A model generated the notes under the pieces. It did not search any database. It saw nothing but the letters and a program-made list of their open reading frames with translations, and was not told the origin of the DNA. The translations under genes and the position numbers were made by a program. Below are positions 7,833 through 14,500 of a DNA stretch of 64,000 nt, piece after piece (positions within the stretch are counted from its first letter, which is position 1; each line of letters begins with the position of its first letter). The stretch lies in contig JAJFKL010000021.1 of assembly GCA_021773235.1 (NCBI GenBank), forward strand, positions 132,651 through 196,650, read 5' to 3'. Origin of the DNA: Gammaproteobacteria bacterium. Lineage in GTDB: Bacteria > Pseudomonadota > Gammaproteobacteria > Eutrophobiales > Eutrophobiaceae.

Positions 7833-8396
7833 ATGAATAATCGATACGACATTGAATTTGCCAAGTATGAATTAGCAAAATACAGCTTCATTGAATGCTT
7901 AAATTTCATGAGGCTGTATGAACAACTGAATGAGTTGGCGGAAAGTAAACTATCTTTTGGAACAATGATTTCCACTGCGTTTGTTGTTACCTATGCCCGC
8001 CCATTCAGTAGTAGCAACAAGGAATATCATGGTTTAAAAATGGGCGCAATTTCAAAAAAATGGCTTAAACCTCTAAGTGCTAAGCAAAAGGAAGCTCATG
8101 AGTATTTAGTTGGTACGGGACGTAATGCGTTAGCTGCACATATCGATCTGGGAAAGTTGATGCCAAACATATTTGTTAAAGACGGACTCAGCAATGATTA
8201 TATGTTTGATATACATCTTCCAGTAATTAACAGCAATACATTAGAACTTTATGAAGAACTGGTCACCGCAGTATTTAGTTTTTGTCAAGATCATCAACAA
8301 AGTCTTAAACCGTATTTATCAGGAGATCACTTAGTACCTGAAGTATTCCATCCAGATGCTAGCACTTTCATTAAACGGAGTTCACAGAAGCAATGA
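7833..8396 (+). CDS. HEPN-motif protein, AbiU2-like
   Basis: 187 aa. GTGRNALAAHIDL (R97-H103) fits Rx5H with Asn after Arg and the RNxxxAHxD flavour I associate with AbiU2-type HEPN domains. Upstream YARPF segment. Confidence 0.5.
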   Translation: MNNRYDIEFAKYELAKYSFIECLNFMRLYEQLNELAESKLSFGTMISTAFVVTYARPFSSSNKEYHGLKMGAISKKWLKPLSAKQKEAHEYLVGTGRNALAAHIDLGKLMPNIFVKDGLSNDYMFDIHLPVINSNTLELYEELVTAVFSFCQDHQQSLKPYLSGDHLVPEVFHPDASTFIKRSSQKQ

Positions 8397-8466
8397 AAGC
8401 AACACTATTTATAAGCCAAATTCATAACAGAGCCCATCAGCTGATGTGCTACGTTAGATTTTTAAG

Positions 8467-9423
8467 ATGAATTACCGGCGCGATATAATTAACGAGATTT
8501 CGGATTTTCGGGAACGGCACCGATTCGGCGAAGCCATAATCGAACTACCTATGCGCCTCAGCTCGTTAGAGATCGCTTTTAGAGATTTTGATGGGAAAAA
8601 TACCGAACTGGCGAAGTATTTTCCGGTGTCGCTTGTTGCATGTATAGAGACCTATTTTAGAATGGTGATTAAAGACCTCATTGATTTCGGGGAGCCCTAT
8701 CTAAGTAACGCAGAGAACGTTGCGGGTGCAACAAAAATAGACTTCCGCGCTTTGAAAGCGGTTCACGGCAAATCTATTACAGTAGGTGAACTCGTAGCCC
8801 ACAACATCAAAATCAGCAGTCTTTCACAAATTGAGGCGACCTTAACAACGTTGCTAGGAAACAGTTTTTTGGACCAACTGCGTATTGTTCAAGATCGTTG
8901 GGATATCGAAGTCATCGGTAATGAACCTAAACCCATGTTGTCTGAACCCGACCGAGTTTTTGCAGATGTTTCGAAGACCTTTGAACTCAGGCACATTATT
9001 TGTCATGAAATCGCATCTGCTTACGAAATAGATCTAACGGACATTGAAAGTAGTTTTGTTAGTTCAATAAGTTTTTTGCGCGCGTCTGACGAATACATCT
9101 CCGAAATCAAATTTCCCGGTGCTCCGTTGACACAGACGGATATGAATATCGATGCTGGAAACTCACTTTCCGAGCGGAGGGAGGAAATGAGTGTAGTCGT
9201 GGAACAACTTAAATCTCACCTCGACGATGCTGAAAAACGAGCCTTCGAATTGTCCCAAGATAAATGGGATAAGTATTGCGAAGCATGGGCAGATTTTGTG
9301 GCTGGCGAACGGGCTAGCGGTGGGACTATTTGGCCTACGGTCCATGCTGGCGAGATGGAGGCCGCAGTAAAGGCTAGAATTGAACAACTATCGAAATTTC
9401 GAAAGCTTAGTGACCCCCTATAG
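8467..9423 (+). CDS. HEPN-motif N-terminal domain fused to a DUF1311 (LprI-like) C-terminal domain
   Basis: FELRHIICHE (R175-H180) fits Rx4H. C-terminal LSQDKWDKYCEAWADFVAGERASGGTIWP...ARIEQL matches the QxxWxxYxxxxC...GG...R...L pattern of DUF1311. Confidence 0.5.
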   Translation: MNYRRDIINEISDFRERHRFGEAIIELPMRLSSLEIAFRDFDGKNTELAKYFPVSLVACIETYFRMVIKDLIDFGEPYLSNAENVAGATKIDFRALKAVHGKSITVGELVAHNIKISSLSQIEATLTTLLGNSFLDQLRIVQDRWDIEVIGNEPKPMLSEPDRVFADVSKTFELRHIICHEIASAYEIDLTDIESSFVSSISFLRASDEYISEIKFPGAPLTQTDMNIDAGNSLSERREEMSVVVEQLKSHLDDAEKRAFELSQDKWDKYCEAWADFVAGERASGGTIWPTVHAGEMEAAVKARIEQLSKFRKLSDPL

Positions 9424-9482
9424 CACTACGATGGGTATCTATTTCGGGTGCGAAAAAATCTAACAAATGTATCTGCCTGACG

Positions 9483-9513
9483 TTAATGTCTGCTTTTAGT
9501 TATTGTCATAAAT
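9483..9513 (+). promoter_or_regulatory. Candidate promoter (TTAATGTC - 17 nt - ATAAAT), homologous to the TIR-gene promoter
   Basis: The 14-mer TTAATGTCTGCTTT is identical to 4666-4679. About 50 bp of extended similarity, including the -10 and initial transcribed region. Confidence 0.4.
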
Positions 9514-9555
9514 GATATTATTTTTGTAATCGGCACAATTCCATGTGAGGACAAA

Positions 9556-9903
9556 ATGAATTTACAATATGAGTGGCTTCAAGAGATCACTGTTCATACG
9601 AAAAAAGATAGTATTCTACGACTTCATTTGAGCAACGTTAATAACCAGTTTCGGCTCTATGGTGAGTTTTTTGATTCAGAAAAAAAAGAATGGACACTAG
9701 TAGATTTTTCAACACAGCGAGTGAATAATTGTAATAAGTTACTTGAGGATTGCCTCCGAGATTTCAACACGACAATAACTCAAGAAGGAGACACAATAAT
9801 TGCCGTGAAAAATCCGTGTAACACTCCATTCGTTACAGGTGAGCAACAGCAAGTCATTATTCAGAATGTTGGCCTCATAGCAGACGTTTCAATTAATCAA
9901 TAA
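9556..9903 (+). CDS. hypothetical protein (115 aa); probably the N-terminal part of a frameshift-split gene
   Basis: ORF with GAGGA RBS. Its stop lies inside a start-less open frame (9881-10651) in the +1 frame. Confidence 0.5.
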   Translation: MNLQYEWLQEITVHTKKDSILRLHLSNVNNQFRLYGEFFDSEKKEWTLVDFSTQRVNNCNKLLEDCLRDFNTTITQEGDTIIAVKNPCNTPFVTGEQQQVIIQNVGLIADVSINQ

Positions 9904-10228
9904 CCTGCCATATTCTGATGTAATATCTGATGTAGAAATTTTATTAAATTCCTACCCTCATAAAATTTCTGCATGTGAAAATAAATTAAGACTGTCTTCT
10001 GATATTAGTAATGGGAAGCATAATTTAAAAATCGGGTGCCCAAACAATGCTGGCTATTCTGCTTATGAAGTTGATTATAATTTAATATATGAAAATTATG
10101 ATACAAATATAAACTATACTGACGTACTAACAAAAAATAACAAATATAAAAAATTATATTTTTTTCATAATGAGTCTTATATATTTTTACCTACGTTAAG
10201 AAAAATTTGGGACCAAATAAGAAATGAA

Positions 10229-10651
10229 GTGCCTAAAAATGCTAGAACCGTACTGGCACGAAAAGAAATAACAGCAGAAAAGAAACTAATACTATCTGGT
10301 TTCACTATTCAAGAGAAAACCCTTCATTGGGTTATACCGTCAATATTATTTTCATTAAGTTTTTATTTTTTAACTCATGTATTACATATAAAAAAATTAT
10401 TAACAAAAATTAAAGAGCCGAAACAAATTATCTATTACCCATGGATTGCCATTATGCAAGGTAAATTAGCAGCTATCATGTCTCTCTTTACTATTGTTAT
10501 ATTACCGCTTATTACCATAGTCAGCTTATCCACAATTTGGCCAAATGATCAAACTACATTAAATATATTATTTCTATTATTAGGAATTATCTCTTGTATA
10601 TTACAATTAATTAGTTTCTATATACTTAATAGTATTTCTAAAAATAATTAA
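10229..10651 (+). CDS. membrane protein segment (3-4 TM); annotated GTG start probably not the true start
   Basis: 140-aa ORF from the track with hydrophobic helices (VIPSILFSLSFYFLTHVL, AAIMSLFTIVILPLITIVSL, ILFLLLGIISCILQLISFYIL). The open frame continues 348 nt upstream. Confidence 0.5.
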   Translation: MPKNARTVLARKEITAEKKLILSGFTIQEKTLHWVIPSILFSLSFYFLTHVLHIKKLLTKIKEPKQIIYYPWIAIMQGKLAAIMSLFTIVILPLITIVSLSTIWPNDQTTLNILFLLLGIISCILQLISFYILNSISKNN

Positions 10652-10749
10652 CTTAACTCTAAGTTGCTTAATGAGCTAGATAATCTGATTACTTATGAAC
10701 ATCGCTATGGATTAAAAGCTGCTTATGGAATAACAATAACCCCGCCATA

Positions 10750-10768
10750 AAGACGGGGCTTTGTGTAT
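10750..10768 (-). terminator. Weak hairpin terminator candidate after ORF 10768-10971
   Basis: CCCCG / CGGGG stem (10750-10754 / 10764-10768) with a 9-nt loop; T-rich tract follows on the minus strand (TTATTGTTATT). Confidence 0.35.
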
Positions 10769-10971
10769 TAAATTGCTTTAAGTAATTCATTAGGCTTATT
10801 AGTTTCATAGTCATCATGTTGAGTAAGTATTGAAATACCACGTGCCATATCTGCCAGAATTTCAGAATCAATCCCTTGGTCTCCTGCAACTTCTGATTCT
10901 CTAATTAAAACTTCTAGTGCTTCGGCAATAGCTCGGATACTTGGTAAACAATCGATAGCTGAATATTTCAT
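10768..10971 (-). CDS. small acidic hypothetical protein (67 aa)
   Basis: AGGAG RBS 9 nt upstream and a hairpin immediately downstream; no recognised domain. Confidence 0.4.
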   Translation of the reverse strand: MKYSAIDCLPSIRAIAEALEVLIRESEVAGDQGIDSEILADMARGISILTQHDDYETNKPNELLKAI

Positions 10972-11182
10972 ATTGATACACTCCTGTTTATTTAACTGTC
11001 CTTATCTAAACTAGAACATTCAAAAACACTTGTGAAGTGCTACATTGAATAGAACTATTGGTTCTAAATATTACTAACCATTTAATCTTTAACGTAAATT
11101 TACATGGAAATTGGTTCTATCTTGACTATTATTAATTTTACACATGATGAAAATATTCATATTCGCCTAATGAGGTTACGAT

Positions 11183-11509
11183 ATGGGATTTGGAATACTT
11201 GAAATTATTATTGCCATCGTTTTATTTTCTACGGGCATTTATATATTTTTCAAATTTATTGATGGATTATCTTGGTTGTTCAGTTGGGCAAAACGCCACA
11301 TCAAAATAATTCATGCCCAAATAGATTATGTCCGTCTCAAAATACTAATATCTACAATTTGGGTAATATTTTGTGTTTGGTATTGGGCAGATCAGTATCA
11401 TGCAAGTTTCAGACGAATTGATGAATCAATATTAATACTATCTGTCCCGTTATTAATATTGTGGTCTGTAAATCTGTATAAATGGATTATTAGAAAACCA
11501 GCTATTTAA
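11183..11509 (+). CDS. small membrane protein (108 aa, ~3 TM)
   Basis: Hydrophobic ORF (ILEIIIAIVLFSTGIYIFFKFI..., ILISTIWVIFCVWYW..., ILILSVPLLILWSV); converges on the giant gene with an 8-nt overlap. Confidence 0.45.
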   Translation: MGFGILEIIIAIVLFSTGIYIFFKFIDGLSWLFSWAKRHIKIIHAQIDYVRLKILISTIWVIFCVWYWADQYHASFRRIDESILILSVPLLILWSVNLYKWIIRKPAI

Positions 11510-14500
11510 TTAGGTTCTCCACCATCTTCTGTGCTGGTTTACGTGTGAAGTGTGTTGCGTTCACACCGGGTATCATATTCACCACCTCTTTTGCCTGTTT
11601 TTCTCGTTGGCTTTTCTTTGTAGTGTCTCTATCCAAAGACGTTAATACTCTGGAGATATCACCAGCAGCTGGTCCAAGCAAGTTATAAAGTCTTCCTTTC
11701 CAGTTGCTATGGCCAAACCGGTATGGATTAGCGAATTGATAAATAGTGGTCAAATCACCTGTGAAACCAGCCCTATCAACTGCATCATAAATACGTCCGT
11801 TTGAATCCTGCAACTTTCTGAAAGCTGGATTAGCATCACCGTATTTCAACCAATCCCGCCAGTACTGTGCATAGTAAGCCGTGGCAATACTGACAATCAT
11901 AGGTACTACAAAACGGGCCTTATCTTCCCAATTTGGAAAACGTCCAATGTTCTGAAGCATTGATTTTAGGAATGTATTGCTGAATACAGTGATAAATCGT
12001 TTGAACTGGAATACCAGGTTCCAGCCCGGATGTTTCATTATCGGTGGTGTTGTCGCTTCATTAGGATCGGTAATGACTTTCTGCGCCCATCGTTGGGCAG
12101 CAAAATCAATTTTATCATTTAAGGCCTGACTGACTTCACCCTTGGCGACTAATTTCATATCCGCTTCATCAAGACCAAAATCTTTCAGTTCCATTAAATT
12201 CTGATCAACATTTTTACCCTTTTCAATTTCAACTGAATAATCTTTAATGACATGCCGTGCCATATCAAACGCCACTAAACGTTGAATATTCGTTAATTGC
12301 TCCAGCATAGTTGCTCTCATGAATTTAGAGGTAACACGTCCACTATGGCCACCCCATCGTCTAGTCCATGCTTCTTGAAGAGAACGCACGGTAATAACAC
12401 CCATACGTTCAGCATCACGTCTTAATTCTGACTTGGGTATATGTCGTTTACCGGTAATAAATTTATCAGCTGCAGCGGTAGCTTCTAATATGCCATCACC
12501 AATACCACGGGCGTAAGATGGTAATGACTTTAATGTGCCACCATGTACCGCTGGTGCCAGTGTTTCAGGGAACGATGCCATGGCCACCAGCGGCAAGTGA
12601 ATCATTGTTTCAAGGCTTGATACCAGTCTGGATGCTTTATTAAGAATTTCTGATTCGAATCGTGGGCCGCGCCCTTGAAGGCTGTCTGCCAGATCATAAA
12701 TGGTATTCACCGCTTCTTTCATGCTGATCGAGGAATCGACTTTACCGGCCTCATAATCATCAATAATTTCTTTTACAATAGAATTTAGCTGTTGTTCTTT
12801 ATCGCCAAATGCACGTGAATATTCAGCCCTACGTGTCGAATGATGAATATATCTAGCCAGTACTGAATCAAGCTCATTAACTAAGAACGGTTTTAACAAG
12901 TCATATTCAATATCAATTGAACGGCTTTTTTCTTGACTGGTTTTACTGGCCCTGCCTTCAATACCCATTGCACGTTGAACATAGACAGTGCCGTGATTAT
13001 CAACCTGGACACGTTCACTCATTCTTTCCGGATCATAGATACCTTGATCGGAGCCAATTATTTTATTGTAGGTAGATTCCGGTGTGCTATATCCGTGATC
13101 GGTTAATAGCTTTATGAAGCGTTTCTTCATAATTGGATTTAATAAATTATCAGTGTCATAAACTCTTGGGAAATAGTTTTTCTCATACCCAATTTCAACA
13201 CCGGCATCAACCATGTATTGATGAACATCATCCAACAGTTTCCTTACTGCCTGTGCTTCTTTTTCAAGTCGTTTTGGCACACTGCCATTCTCACTATTTA
13301 AGCCTTTTACAATGGCTTCGGTATCTGTTTTTTTAATACCTAATCGTCCAGACAATGATTCAATAATATCATCCATGCGCTGGCCATACTCGCCTTCCAT
13401 TTTTGTTCTGTTTTGGATTAAATCAATACCTTCAATTTCCCTGTATTCATTACGTTCTTCTTTATAAATCATATCCGCCAGCTTTTTAGCAGCTGGTGTA
13501 TTTATGTCACGTATAACTTGAACAGGTCGAAAATAGAATATTTTACCAATAGCATAAGCCATATCAGCAACAGGCTTTGCCTTACCGTGGAATAAGTCCG
13601 TAATCTTTCCTTTATCGATATCAGATATATTTTCTGGTGGTTTCTTTCCACTGCCTTCATCACTAATATAACCTTGTTGTTTTCTACCGGTTTTAACACC
13701 AGAACGTCTTGAATATTGAACACCTAGTTCACCTGGTTCAATAGTGCCCTCTTCCACAAACTTTTTTGATTTTTCTATCAGCGTTTTAATATCCGCATCA
13801 TTGAATTTCATGTGAGGCATAACGCTTCTCAACCACTCGCGTATTTTGCCAATTAACCTATCAAGCCAAACATCAGGCTTACCACTCTCCGCCGTACGTG
13901 CAACATATTCCTGTGCTGCGGTTCTGCGATCAGCTTCATTATCCATGTCCAATTCATAATCTTCTGCAATATCGGCAAAGGTATCATTACCTAAGTCACT
14001 GGCCATCTGATCAAAGAACGTATTAGCATAGTCGCCAAGTAATGTATTAACTCCATTATGTCCAATGGCTTCATGAAGCATGACTTCAACGGCACGTTTT
14101 TGATTAGGTAAATTATCCGCAACCAGATAAATAGTGCCATCAATCAAAGCACCTTCGGTATCAAGCGGATGATCTGAACCTAGTAAATCATTAGCAGAAT
14201 CGACTATTTCAACTTTAGGTGCGTTCTTCCATTTCTTGGATATACCTGCAATTATTTTCTTAAGATTATTTGCTTTTAGGATTGTTGCTGGTTTTACCTT
14301 CGCACGTGAATAATATTTACCTTCATGTGGATTATTAGTTCCTCTCTCAGCAGTTGAATAATAACTACCATCTAAATCCTTCACGAATGAATCAAGCATT
14401 CTAATTTTTATATCACGGCCAAACGCAGCGATATTTTCTGATGTAGGAAGATAGGTCGCTTTTGCAATCATTGCCATTGCACCAGTACTGTGTATTTCTT

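Larger units (their letters stand above)
9556..10651 (+). pseudogene. Frameshift-split (or recoded) gene for a ~365-aa protein with a C-terminal multi-TM domain
   Basis: I translated frame 2 codon by codon from 9881 to 10229. It gives 116 sense codons with no stop and no ATG/GTG/TTG in ~22% GC DNA. It overlaps the end of ORF 9556-9903 and runs into ORF 10229-10651. Confidence 0.5.

Noticed and set aside
7570-7975. ORFs 7570-7755 (+) and 7739-7975 (-)
   Set aside because: The first is an alternative frame of the HEPN-motif gene. The second is antisense across a promoter region and the start of ORF 7833-8396. Neither has an RBS or recognisable motifs.
4573-9555. Integron-like gene cassette array (co-oriented small ORFs separated by repeated intergenic modules)
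   Set aside because: There is no intI-type integrase and no attC-like sites with RYYYAAC/GTTRRRY cores. The shared modules look like promoters with TATAAT -10 boxes upstream of genes, whereas integron cassettes are typically promoterless.
9895-9906. Programmed +1 frameshift at CAA-TAA-C (prfB-like)
   Set aside because: There is no slippery re-pairing (CAA to AAU) and no upstream SD-like stimulator that I could see. A simple indel or pseudogene is the more economical explanation. It is kept only as an alternative in the finding.
10689-10889. 66-aa ORF overlapping ORF 10768-10971 in another frame
   Set aside because: It has no RBS, runs through the hairpin at 10750-10768, and overlaps the better-supported ORF, which has an AGGAG RBS.
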